Program-made: the position numbers and the translations under genes
Shown here: piece after piece, positions 11,273 through 21,480 of the stretch
How positions within the stretch are numbered: position 1 is the first letter of the stretch
Layout: the number at the start of each line of letters is the position of its first letter
The notes under the pieces: generated by a model
Seen by the model: only the letters and a program-made list of their open reading frames with translations
The model's database searches: none
What the model was told of the DNA's origin: nothing
NCBI RefSeq assembly: GCF_000007985.2
Contig: NC_002939.5
Coordinates: forward strand, 3,030,001-3,062,000
From: Geobacter sulfurreducens PCA
Lineage (GTDB): Bacteria; Desulfobacterota; Desulfuromonadia; Geobacterales; Geobacteraceae
DNA length: 32,000 nucleotides
Direction: 5' to 3'

Positions 11273-11450
11273 TGCCGGATGCCACACCGACGGAGCGACT
11301 GTGCCCGAGCGCCTGCCGCTGTAGGCGAAATGGAGCGGCCACCGGCCTGATTGTCTGAACCCGTCAGGGTGAGTTTCAGGCCGGTAGCGAAATGAGCCGT
11401 ACAGCGGCGGTGCGAGAGGCACGCGGAGCGAAGCGGGGTGGCATCCGGCA
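11273..11450. other. 178-nt extended imperfect hairpin: candidate 6S-like ncRNA or MITE-like element
   Basis: A perfect 13-bp closing stem, TGCCGGATGCCAC (11273-11285) with GTGGCATCCGGCA (11438-11450). Further helices: GTGCC/GGCAC (11301-05 / 11418-22), GCCGCTGTA/TACAGCGGC (11315-23 / 11400-08), ACCGGCCTGA/TCAGGCCGGT (11341-50 / 11376-85). The two sides of the central bubble both carry GCGAAATG(G)AGC. Strand undetermined. Confidence 0.35.
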
Positions 11451-11512
11451 CGGATAGACTACATCTACCGCGCCGGCGCGAAAACTCCGCTCCCGGTTCG
11501 TGAAAAGATTTC

Positions 11513-13062
11513 TCACTCCGGCAGGTAGCCCCGGGCCAGATGGGTAAACGCGGCAACCTGCGCCGCCTGCCAGTCGCTGTCCCGTCCCAGCTCCCGCGCC
11601 ATCAGTTCCGCCACCCGCGGCGCCGCGGCCACGGCGGCACGGGCATCCAGCAGCAGCGCCCTGGTGCGGCGGGCCAGGACATCCTCCACCGTGCGGGCCC
11701 ACTCGTGACGCACCCCCCAGACGACCTCCCCGGCGCAGTAGGGGAGCGCCGGGTGCAGGGGCTCACGCCAGGCGGCGTTTTCCCGCAGGAGTTGCTCCAG
11801 GGCTGCGGCATCGCTGCCGTAGACCTGCAGCGGTCCCTCCGTCGCATCCTCCTGCCAGCCGTGGATACGCAACGTCTCCGTGACCGACGGCCGATGGTCC
11901 AGGCCGGCCACCTGGGCAGCGGCGGTAACCGTGTCCTCCCCCATCTTCCGGTAGGTGGTCCACTTGCCGCCGGCAATGGTGACCAGGCCGCTTCCCTCCA
12001 CCAGCAGGGTGTGGTCCCGGGAAAGGGAGGCGGTGTCGCCGCCGCTGTCGCTGCGGACCAGGGGCCGGATGCCGGCGAAGGTGCTCAGCACGTCCCGGCG
12101 CTCGGGATGCCGGGTCAGGTAGCGGGCCGCATGGGACAGGAGAAAGTCGATCTCTTCCGGCAGCGGGCGCGGCTCCAGCCCGGCCGCCGGGATGGGCGTA
12201 TCGGTGGTGCCCACCACGGTCCGGCCGTGCCAGGGGACCGCGAACAGGACGCGACCGTCGTCGGTGTGGGGAACCATGATCGCGCTGTCGCCGGGCAGAA
12301 ACGAGCCGTCCAGCACCAGGTGCACCCCCTGGCTCGGGGCGATGAGGTCCCGGGCCGCCGGGTCGGCCAGCCGCCGCACCCCGTCCACGAAAGGTCCGGC
12401 GGCATTGATCACCGCCCGCCCCATGATCCTGAAGGCGCCGCCGGTCTCCCGGTCCCGCGCCTCCACCCCGGCCACGAGACCGTCGCGGCTGATGATGCCG
12501 GTCACCGGGAAGTGATTGAGCGCCACCCCGCCCAGGTCGGCCAGGGTCAGGGCCAGGCTGATCGCGAGGCGGGAGTCGTCGAACTGGCCGTCGTGGTAGA
12601 TCACCCCGCCGCGCAGGCCGTGGGGCTCCACGGTCGGGATGTGGCCCAGGGTCTCTTCCCGCGACAGCAGGCGGGACGGCCCCAGCCCCAGCTTGCCGGC
12701 CAGGACGTCGTACAGCTTGAGCCCGATCCCGTAGAAGGGCCCTTCCCACCAGTCGTAGAGCGGCACCACAAAGGAAAGGTTGTGGACCAGGTGCGGTGCG
12801 TTGCGGATGAGCAGGCCCCGCTCCCGCAGCGCCTCCAGCACCAGCGTCAGGTTTCCCTGCTGCAGGTAGCGGACCCCGCCGTGGATCAGCTTGGTGCTCC
12901 GGCTGGACGTCCCCTGGGCAAAGTCCCCCTGTTCCAGGAGAAGGGTCCGGTAGCCGCGGCCGGCCGCCTCCACCGCCGTGCCGAGGCCCGTGGCGCCCCC
13001 GCCGATCACGATCATGTCCCAGACCTCGGTTTCGGCCAGATGCCGCAGCAGATCCTCGCGCT

Positions 13063-13066
<4 letters not shown>
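11513..13066 (-). CDS. glpD: FAD-dependent glycerol-3-phosphate dehydrogenase
   Basis: [52 protein letters not shown] (FAD fold and GlpD signature). Start placed at ATG 13066 (MKREDLL), which overlaps the glpK stop as ATGA. ATG 13078 is the alternative. Confidence 0.85.
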
Positions 13067-14553
<1,487 letters not shown>

Positions 14554-14595
14554 GGCAGGACTCCTTTGCCGGATGAATGAGGCGGGGGCGCCGTC

Positions 14596-15072
14596 TCAGG
14601 CGTTGGGCTGACCCCTGTCCGCCAGCCGCCCGCGCAGCTCATCGAGCATGGCGTGCACCTCGGCGATCGCGGCGTTCTGGGCGGCAAGGTTGTCGAGAAT
14701 GGCCCTGATTTCCGCCTCGGCCTTCTGGTTGACTTCGTAATCGTTGTGGGCCTCGATCCGGTCGCGGGCGGCCTGCCGGTTCTGGCTCATCATGATCATG
14801 GGCGCGGTGTAGGCCGCCTGCAGGGACAGGACGAGGTTCATCAGGATGAAGGGGTACGGGTCCCAGTGCCTGATCCACGCGGTGATGTTCAGGATCACCC
14901 ACACGGTGAGAAGCACCGACTGACCGATGATGAACTGCCAGGAGCCGACCCTGGATGCGATCCAGTCGGCCGCCCTCTGCCCTGCCGTCAACTGATCCCG
15001 GACGACTTCATTGACGTTCTTCACCGGCGCGTGCTCGTGCCGGTAGGGTGCCGGAAAAACGGGGCGGCGCAT
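14596..15072 (-). CDS. DUF1003-type membrane protein
   Basis: 158 aa. Two TM helices (WQFIIGQSVLLTVWVILN, PFILMNLVLSLQAAYTAPMIMMSQNRQ) followed by a helical tail (RDRIEAHNDYEVNQKAEAEI), the pattern I associate with DUF1003. Confidence 0.7.
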   Translation of the reverse strand: MRRPVFPAPYRHEHAPVKNVNEVVRDQLTAGQRAADWIASRVGSWQFIIGQSVLLTVWVILNITAWIRHWDPYPFILMNLVLSLQAAYTAPMIMMSQNRQAARDRIEAHNDYEVNQKAEAEIRAILDNLAAQNAAIAEVHAMLDELRGRLADRGQPNA

Positions 15073-15102
15073 GGGAACCTCCTTGGGCGTGGATAAGGAC
15101 TA

Positions 15103-15477
15103 TCAGGTACCTCTCGCAAGCCATGCGACGGCCTTGTCGATCGAGTCGAACGCACGGAGCTTGAACCCGCGATTGACCGCAACGGTTTCGAGGAAATGAT
15201 CGTCTTCCGTAAGGCTCCGGCGCACGAACGCCGTCTTTACCTGCCTGAGGACCCGGGCCAGCTCTCCCTGCGGGGTGCCGGCATAAAAGGTGGGCATGGT
15301 ACCGGCGATGAGCTCCGTCTGCGATACGTCGATCAGGAACAGGCGGCAGCCGTTGCTGGTGAAAAAATCCGCGGCAAAGCGCTTCAACTCGTCGCTGTCC
15401 TCGGGGCGGCGGAACACGCCCGTGACCCGGATCGTGCAGATGCCGCTGGCTTCGTCGAATTCATGGGTATAGTTCAT
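15103..15477 (-). CDS. Hypothetical protein (possibly a STAS/SpoIIAA-like fold)
   Basis: 124-aa ORF with ordinary composition for this genome, co-oriented with its neighbours. No diagnostic motif recognised. The fold suggestion is a guess from the size and alternating beta/alpha pattern. Confidence 0.5.
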   Translation of the reverse strand: MNYTHEFDEASGICTIRVTGVFRRPEDSDELKRFAADFFTSNGCRLFLIDVSQTELIAGTMPTFYAGTPQGELARVLRQVKTAFVRRSLTEDDHFLETVAVNRGFKLRAFDSIDKAVAWLARGT

Positions 15478-15651
15478 AGTCGTTTCACTTACAGGCGATT
15501 TCAGCCCCGGCGGTCCGCCTCATGCCCGGCATCCACCGCCCCGGCCGCCAGCTCGCACGCCCGGGCGTCGAAGAGCAGGAGATATTCCTTCATTTCCCGC
15601 AGGTCCTTCTTGGTGGACAGCGGCCGTGGCCCGGCACGATCCGCTCCACAT

Positions 15652-16242
15652 TCACGCGTTATCCATCTTCAGCGCCCACTCCACCTTGTCCGGGACGGGC
15701 GCGCGGTAGAGACTCATCTTCTTCAGCAACGCCGCCGGGTCCCGGTCCACCAGCACGGCTTCGCGGCATTCCGGCCGGATGAACCCTTCCGCGGCCATGT
15801 GGTCGAAAAAGTCCAGCAGGCGGTCGTAATAGCCGTCGCTGTTCAGCAGGCCGCACGGCTTGCCGTGGATGCCCAACTGCAGCCACGTGAGCACCTCAAC
15901 GAACTCCTCGATAGTGCCGATCCCGCCGGGCAGGGCGATGAATCCGTCCGACAGCTCCGCCATGAGGGCCTTGCGCTCATGCATGGACTCCACCACCCGG
16001 AGATCGCTCAGCCTGGTCAGGGCGATCTCCTTCTCCTCCAGCATCCGGGGGATGACGCCGGTCACCCGGCCGCCGCCATCGAGCACGGTCCGGGCCAGAA
16101 TCCCCATCAGGCCGACGCTCGCCCCGCCGTAGACCAGATCGATTCCCGTTGCCGCCAGCAGCCGCCCGAGCTCCCGCGCCGCCCCGGCATAAGCCGGCCG
16201 CGCGCCGGGGCTGGAACCGCAAAACACGCAGATGCGTTTCAT
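15652..16242 (-). CDS. LOG-family nucleotide 5'-monophosphate nucleosidase (TIGR00730-type)
   Basis: MKRICVFCGSS.., LVYGGASVGLMG, FIALPGGIGTIEE (PGGxGTxxE). Start moved to ATG 16242, preceded by AAGGAAAG. Confidence 0.85.
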   Translation of the reverse strand: MKRICVFCGSSPGARPAYAGAARELGRLLAATGIDLVYGGASVGLMGILARTVLDGGGRVTGVIPRMLEEKEIALTRLSDLRVVESMHERKALMAELSDGFIALPGGIGTIEEFVEVLTWLQLGIHGKPCGLLNSDGYYDRLLDFFDHMAAEGFIRPECREAVLVDRDPAALLKKMSLYRAPVPDKVEWALKMDNA

Positions 16243-16532
16243 GTCTCTTTCCTTTGCCGGCACCGCCCACCGTCACACAGATGTGGGCTGGAGCGTGAGT
16301 GATTGTTACGGCCTCGTCGCCGCCCTCGCCCGCCGGATGTCCGATTGGACGCGCGGGGCAAACCCGGCACAAGAAAAAACTTAGCACACGCCTGCCTGCG
16401 GGCAAAACGCTTTTTCAGCGGGAAATCACGTTGTCACAAAACGATGCCCGCCAGGAGTAACCGGTTTGTTCTGCTGCCGTAGCCGTTCCCGAGCGGCTTG
16501 CTTGCACCGCGGCGCGCTAACGTGGCGGATGG

Positions 16533-16808
16533 TCAGCGCGTGGCGGGCGCTGGGCGGTGGCAGAACAGGCACTGCTCCTTGGGCGGGTGCCCCGGCGGCA
16601 GCGGCCGGGCGGCGGTGGCGTGGCAGCGGACACACCCCTGCTCCGTAGTCTCCCGGTCCGCGCCCCTGGCCAGTGCCTCGCTGAACGGGCGGTGCGCGTC
16701 GTCGGCCGGAAGCGGCTTCCCCTGCTCGGAACCGCGATTCAGGACCAGAACGGTGATGAGTGCCAGGATGATCACCAGGAAGATACCGTCGCGTCTGCTC
16801 AGTTTCAT
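16533..16808 (-). CDS. Small membrane-anchored di-haem c-type cytochrome
   Basis: 91 aa with an N-terminal anchor (IFLVIILALITVLVL). Two CxxCH haem-binding motifs, CVRCH and CLFCH. Confidence 0.65.
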   Translation of the reverse strand: MKLSRRDGIFLVIILALITVLVLNRGSEQGKPLPADDAHRPFSEALARGADRETTEQGCVRCHATAARPLPPGHPPKEQCLFCHRPAPATR

Positions 16809-17062
16809 TGCGTCTCCCGATTGCCGCCGTCAGGGGATATCCCGTCCCCGGGCAGATGATGTCCCAGTCTAGACCGATGTGCGCCGATACTCCAGCAGTG
16901 TCATGCATCACCTGGCAAGCCGGGGCAGATTCCGGGAACGGGTGGATGGAGACACACGTTATAGTCTTTTAACCCAACGTCAACCGACCTGCAACATGGC
17001 GGGTCTACACTTTCCTCCCGACGGCTGCTCCGGCAGCCGAATCCACCGAGAGGGAGAGAAAG

Positions 17063-18739
17063 ATGAAACACCTGTTCCGTTTCGCCTCGGCCCTGGCCGC
17101 CCTGGCCTCACTGCTCGTTGCCGCGCCCGCGCTGGCCGAGCCGTGGAAGTTCGGCGTCATGTCAGACACCCAGTGGAAATCCAACCTCGACGGCATCAAC
17201 CCCGACACGGTTGCGGTCGGCATCATCAACCAGCTCAACCAGGAATTCATCGCCCATGACGTGAAGTTCGTCATCCAGGTGGGCGACCTGACCGACAAGT
17301 CCGACAGCACCTACCCCACCTCCCTGGCCACCCGCGCCGCCGCGGCCCAGCCCCTCTACGACGCCGGCATCGGCTTCTACCCGCTCCGCGGCAACCATGA
17401 AAGCTCCCAGGCGTCCACCGCTTGGTTCAGCGCCGCCTTCCCCCAGACCACGGCCGGCGGCCCCAACGTCTTCGGCGCCACCAACTTCAGCAGTCCCTTT
17501 GCCGCGCTGAACGGCCTCAGCTACTCCTTCGACTACAACAACGCCCGGTTCGTGCTCCTCGACCAGTTCACCCGCACCGACGGGACCAACTACCTGAACA
17601 GCTCCACCAACAACATCATCGACCAGCAGGGCTGGATCGACACCCAGCTCGCATCGCGGCCCTCCGACAGCCACGCCTTCGTCTTCAGCCACAAGAACCT
17701 GATCGGCCAGAACCACGCCGACGACCTGTTCGGCTCGAACCCCGCCTATAACAGCTCCGGCAATGTGGCGGCCCGCAACGCCTTCCTCGCCAGCCTGCAG
17801 AACAACGGCGTCCGCTACCAGTTCGGCGGCCACGACCACATGCATCACCGCGCCATCATCACCAGCCCGGACACCAACGCCCGGGTCCAGGAGATCATCA
17901 CCTCCTCCAACAGCTACAAGTTCTACATCCCACAGGTCCCCTCCAATGACGAGAAGTACAATGTCCCCGCCTTCGGCGGCCCCCGCGAGATCCCCATCGC
18001 CCAGGAGTTGTTCGCCATCGGCTACTACATCGTAACCGTGGACGGGCCTCGGGTCACCGTTGACCACTATGCCGCGCCCAACGGCTGCAACGGCGACTGC
18101 GACCTGACCGTCACCCCCGCCCTCAGCGGCCACTTCACCAAGCGCGAAACCTTCGGCTACAGCCTCAACGGCAAGGAATTCACGGTGGCCCAGGGCCAGT
18201 CGTACACCGCCGTGCAGGACAGCTTCCGTGGCACCACCGCCCGGATCCTCGACGGCACCAACGCCAGCACGGGCACGGACTACGCCGGCCGCGCCCTCAC
18301 CAAGGCCATCGATACCGGCTGGACCCCGCGGGAGCAGCACCGGCACGGCCGGGGCCACGGCCATCATGACAACCGCCGCCGCGACGCCGACAGCGACACG
18401 GCCAGCCACATCCTCACCCTGTGGGGCATGGCCGACCTGGGCAGCAGCCAGACCGACGTCTATACCCTCTCCCTGACCTACGACCCGGACAAGGCCCGGC
18501 CCGAGCACCTGGGGCGGGGACTTTTCGGCCTCGCAGCCAGGGATGCGGACGGCACCTGGGTGAACGCGGTGGAGATGAACGCCGGCGGCAGCGCGAAATT
18601 CGTCAAGGGTGCCTGGAAGCCGGGCTACGGGCTGGGCACCTACGGCATCGACCCGAGCACCAAAACCGCCTGGGCAGTGGTCAATCACCAGGGCGACTTC
18701 GCCGTGACCGGCTTCGCGGAAACGTGCCGGAAAAAATAA
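17063..18739 (+). CDS. Secreted calcineurin-like metallophosphoesterase
   Basis: Signal peptide MKHLFRFASALAALASLLVAAPALA/EP. Motifs: GVMSDTQ, QVGDLTD, RGNHE, GGHDHMHH. SD GGGAGAG lies upstream of ATG 17063. Confidence 0.85.
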   Translation: MKHLFRFASALAALASLLVAAPALAEPWKFGVMSDTQWKSNLDGINPDTVAVGIINQLNQEFIAHDVKFVIQVGDLTDKSDSTYPTSLATRAAAAQPLYDAGIGFYPLRGNHESSQASTAWFSAAFPQTTAGGPNVFGATNFSSPFAALNGLSYSFDYNNARFVLLDQFTRTDGTNYLNSSTNNIIDQQGWIDTQLASRPSDSHAFVFSHKNLIGQNHADDLFGSNPAYNSSGNVAARNAFLASLQNNGVRYQFGGHDHMHHRAIITSPDTNARVQEIITSSNSYKFYIPQVPSNDEKYNVPAFGGPREIPIAQELFAIGYYIVTVDGPRVTVDHYAAPNGCNGDCDLTVTPALSGHFTKRETFGYSLNGKEFTVAQGQSYTAVQDSFRGTTARILDGTNASTGTDYAGRALTKAIDTGWTPREQHRHGRGHGHHDNRRRDADSDTASHILTLWGMADLGSSQTDVYTLSLTYDPDKARPEHLGRGLFGLAARDADGTWVNAVEMNAGGSAKFVKGAWKPGYGLGTYGIDPSTKTAWAVVNHQGDFAVTGFAETCRKK

Positions 18740-18778
18740 CGCCGCCTCCCCGCGGCAGCGCGGCAGACAGCGGCTAAT

Positions 18779-19666
18779 TCAAACAGCACCGGGCCGGGGC
18801 GTAATGCCCCGGCCTTTGTTGTTGGTATGTATTGCAAGGCAAGACATGAGTGAACGTGAAACGAGGGGATTTACTGCAAATTGCGGAAGGCCAAGCTCTG
18901 CCACCACATTGCGACATATCTCCATATGATTTTCAGTTCCAAGAATGCTAGCTGCGTTATGCACCGCTGCGTTAATTTTCTTAAGCCAGTCTATGCTTTC
19001 TCTGAACAATATTTTAGCTTCGGTAGCCTGCTTTGGCTCATCCCATGCTGACAAAAGCCATTCCAACTCAATAGCCTCCAATTTCACTAGGGAATCAACA
19101 GCAAGTTGATAGTTGTCAAAGATGGGCATATCTCCAGGTACAAGCACGGCATCGCCAGTAAATAACACCTTCTCAGATGGGCACCATAATGAGATTGAGC
19201 CCGCTGAATGACCTGGGGTATGTATGACTTTCAAAGAAATGCCTTGATCGATGAGGATAGTTTCGCCGTCATAAAGCAGATTATCAACGGAAACTGATCC
19301 ACCCACAAGGGTTTGAAACCCTGGAACAGGCCGCTCCTTTTCTTGGAGATTGATATCTTCAATCCAGCTCCTTTCAGCCGTATGAGCCGAAACACGGCAT
19401 CCGGTTGCCCTTTGTATTTCCATAGCTGCACCAATGTGATCAGGGTGCGAGTGAGTAAGGATAAGGTGTTCAATCTGTTGTAGCTGAAGTCCTCTTTGCT
19501 CTAGATACTGGGAAATATGCTGTTCTGATCCAGCAACTCCGCTGTCAATCAGGGTAATTTTTGCGCCGCAATAAAGAAATACGTTGACTGATCGGTTAAT
19601 AGTTCCGGATGGGGTTGGCACGGTAAAGGGGATGTTGATGGCATGGATACGTGGGGTGATCTGCAT
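18779..19666 (-). CDS. MBL-fold metallo-hydrolase
   Basis: LILTHSHPDHIGAA (HxHxDH), VIHTPGHSAGS, FTGDAVL. SD AAAGGAG lies 7 nt before ATG 19666. G+C is noticeably lower than in the core genes. Confidence 0.85.
   Translation of the reverse strand: MQITPRIHAINIPFTVPTPSGTINRSVNVFLYCGAKITLIDSGVAGSEQHISQYLEQRGLQLQQIEHLILTHSHPDHIGAAMEIQRATGCRVSAHTAERSWIEDINLQEKERPVPGFQTLVGGSVSVDNLLYDGETILIDQGISLKVIHTPGHSAGSISLWCPSEKVLFTGDAVLVPGDMPIFDNYQLAVDSLVKLEAIELEWLLSAWDEPKQATEAKILFRESIDWLKKINAAVHNAASILGTENHMEICRNVVAELGLPQFAVNPLVSRSLMSCLAIHTNNKGRGITPRPGAV
18791..18823. terminator. Rho-independent terminator at the core/island junction (likely bidirectional)
   Basis: GGCCGGGGC (18792-18800), loop GTAAT, GCCCCGGCC (18806-18814), then TTTGTTGTT. 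Lies 50 nt after the phosphoesterase stop. The last codons of the convergent MBL ORF run through it. Confidence 0.6.
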
Positions 19667-19683
19667 GATAGTGCTCCTTTTGG

Positions 19684-19719
19684 AAATAAAATAGTCGCGA
19701 GATGTTTCCCCCTCGCGAC
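19684..19719 (-). terminator. Terminator-like hairpin T2 in the MBL gene leader
   Basis: On the minus-strand RNA: GUCGCGAG, 10-nt loop, CUCGCGAC, then UAUUUUAUUU. The U-tract ends only about 18 nt before the MBL SD. Confidence 0.45.
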
Positions 19720-19741
19720 CTTCGATTCCAAGAAGCGGATA

Positions 19742-19772
19742 CGAAAAGAGCGCGGGAAGGTGACCCGCGCTC
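19742..19772 (-). terminator. Terminator-like hairpin T1 in the MBL gene leader
   Basis: On the minus-strand RNA: GAGCGCGGG, 7-nt loop, CCCGCGCUC, then UUUUCG. A 9-bp GC-rich stem. Confidence 0.5.
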
Positions 19773-19801
19773 CTTGCGTTAACAAGGCAAGCTACGAGTC
19801 G

Positions 19802-19852
19802 TCACAAGGTGACGACTACGACGATCAGGGCTGTGGAGGTTCTTTTCAACAT
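19802..19852 (-). CDS. Candidate 16-codon leader peptide MLKRTSTALIVVVVTL
   Basis: ATG 19852 is preceded by AAGGAT at 5-nt spacing. Four consecutive Val codons plus Ile and Leu. The Val codons sit inside an 8-bp hairpin (GUCGUCAC cuu GUGACGAC). Too short for any statistical support. Confidence 0.2.
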   Translation of the reverse strand: MLKRTSTALIVVVVTL

Positions 19853-19997
19853 ATTGATCCTTTATCTTAGTTCGGCGACGGAGTCAAGAGTCCTTGGTCT
19901 TGTTCAACGTGTCGCGGCGCGACCTGCGTGACGGTTCATAATTCTTTCCTGTTAACCGCGCGTTGTCCCGTCCGGCGTTCCCGCACATCTGCTCATG

Positions 19998-21356
19998 CTA
20001 GTTCGTCTCAGATACCGGAATCACGACCTTTGGCATGTCGATTACCGGATAATACGTTCCGCCTGTTCGGCTATACAGAGTGACGTCCAGAATGTAACGC
20101 GCGGCACTGTCAGGCACGCCGTTCGTGGCGTTGTAGTTGGTTATAATGCTGTCCAGCCTGCAGGATAGCCCTGGATCAGGCACGGCCGTACAATCGGTTC
20201 GGTCATCGAACCCCGGCCTAAATGTGTAATTCGGGATCAGTGCGATGGGCGTGACAACATATTCAACTTGTCCTTGGATAGAAAGTGGCGTTGCCAACGA
20301 TACGCCGATGTTCGCATTTACTTGCGGCTCTAACGACAATGGATCGTAGAAGCCCATGAGTGGCATAGTGATGGTCGAAAAAAACTTCGCCACATGCGAT
20401 GCCAATGACCCAATCGGGAATCCATTGAGAGAGTTCAGAAAGAGTTCTGATTCAATTTTGACATAAGGCCGCATTGGAGCGAACATGGCCGTGACCGGGC
20501 TAACCTGAGCTGGTGAATCGAACGCCATAGACGCTTGAATATTGGCTTCCCGCAGGACATCCAGGCCAACAAAGGAAAGATGCCTTATTGTTCCATCAAG
20601 CGTAACAGACGCCGTTGGTGCGCCCGCAGTATTAGGGGTGACACTGGCGGTTATTTGCCCGCCAACGTTCGTCTCGCGTATGGTGTAGTTGTGCACGCGC
20701 GCTCCCAAGGTTTCATCCGCAGGGGAAATGCTCACATCGAGATTTGTCTGGAGCGAACAGCCATCCGGCGGAATGGCAGATGATGCATAATCCAGTCGAT
20801 ATGTCCACTGCCCCACAGTACTGAGCGGGTCCGCATGCACATAATCGGATTGAGACATCTGGCTCAAGAGGTTTGGTGTATCGAATGGCGTGAGCCAGGG
20901 CACCACCCTATTGTAATTCTGGTCCCAAGCCGCCAGAGTCATGGCAGTGTAATTGGTTGTCTGGCCGTCAGCGGGATTCGTAACACTACCTGACTGCAGG
21001 TAGAGCCCCCCCGGCTGACAGGCATTAGCAGCAGGAACATACTGAAGGTTGATGGTGAAGTCCCGGCACTTGGAGCTGTTCTGCAATGTCAAATTCCCGG
21101 TCTGTGACGTGAGAGGGTGCGAATCGCAGAGAGTAGCGCCTTCGTAAATATCGATTCGTGGTGAATATGGATAATCAGGGTGAAACAACCTGATGCCGAC
21201 CGTCAGTTGATCAAGGTTGTACTGAAAATCGTAAAACGGCCGTTGGGCAGGCAGGCTTGGAGTAGAATCTGCAGAATCAGCGCCGCAGGAAATCATGCTT
21301 ATCGCAGCGATAAAAGTCGCGGTTGTCAGGACAAAATTATGAACAGATGAAATCAT
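19998..21356 (-). CDS. Orphan exported protein, putative lipoprotein (452 aa)
   Basis: The N-terminal hydrophobic segment ends in ..AAISMISC/GADSADS (lipobox-like). The mature part is rich in Ser/Thr/Asn/Pro and beta-like. No family recognised. Confidence 0.65.
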   Translation of the reverse strand: MISSVHNFVLTTATFIAAISMISCGADSADSTPSLPAQRPFYDFQYNLDQLTVGIRLFHPDYPYSPRIDIYEGATLCDSHPLTSQTGNLTLQNSSKCRDFTINLQYVPAANACQPGGLYLQSGSVTNPADGQTTNYTAMTLAAWDQNYNRVVPWLTPFDTPNLLSQMSQSDYVHADPLSTVGQWTYRLDYASSAIPPDGCSLQTNLDVSISPADETLGARVHNYTIRETNVGGQITASVTPNTAGAPTASVTLDGTIRHLSFVGLDVLREANIQASMAFDSPAQVSPVTAMFAPMRPYVKIESELFLNSLNGFPIGSLASHVAKFFSTITMPLMGFYDPLSLEPQVNANIGVSLATPLSIQGQVEYVVTPIALIPNYTFRPGFDDRTDCTAVPDPGLSCRLDSIITNYNATNGVPDSAARYILDVTLYSRTGGTYYPVIDMPKVVIPVSETN

Positions 21357-21480
21357 CGTGAAGGGCCTTTTGCGTGCAATTCCGGATAGAATTTCCGGAC
21401 ACGATATCGATCGCTATCAAGCAGTTTCCTGCACCAATCAACAGTTGAAGGTCTTTTTGGGTCATGGGGTCAGGGTCATG

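Noticed and set aside
15501-15593. 30-codon minus-strand ORF (MKEYLLLFDARACELAAGAVDAGHEADRRG) in the 174-nt gap between the LOG gene and the STAS-like gene
   Set aside because: Weak SD, no motif, and too short to evaluate. It may be a remnant, so it is not reported as a feature.
16347-16420. GGGGCAAACC string resembling the GGCAAACC core of GEMM-I (c-di-GMP/cGAMP) riboswitches, which are common next to Geobacter cytochrome genes
   Set aside because: I could not build the P1 GNRA hairpin or find the ACGCAAAGCC-type second half. The + orientation has no downstream + gene within 700 nt, and the cytochrome 5' leader (minus strand of 16809-17062) lacks the motif. A cmsearch with RF01051 would settle it.
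17162-18688. 508-aa minus-strand ORF antisense to the metallophosphoesterase. Likewise 29419-30414 and 31017-31937, antisense to the RND genes.
   Set aside because: Antisense artefacts. The sense genes carry signal peptides and catalytic or transport motifs, and the antisense products are Gly/Val/Ala/Asp/His runs.
19643-19870. 75-aa + strand ORF spanning the MBL start and leader region
   Set aside because: It runs antisense through the MBL SD and start and both terminator hairpins. There is no SD. The structure-rich minus-strand interpretation explains the sequence better.
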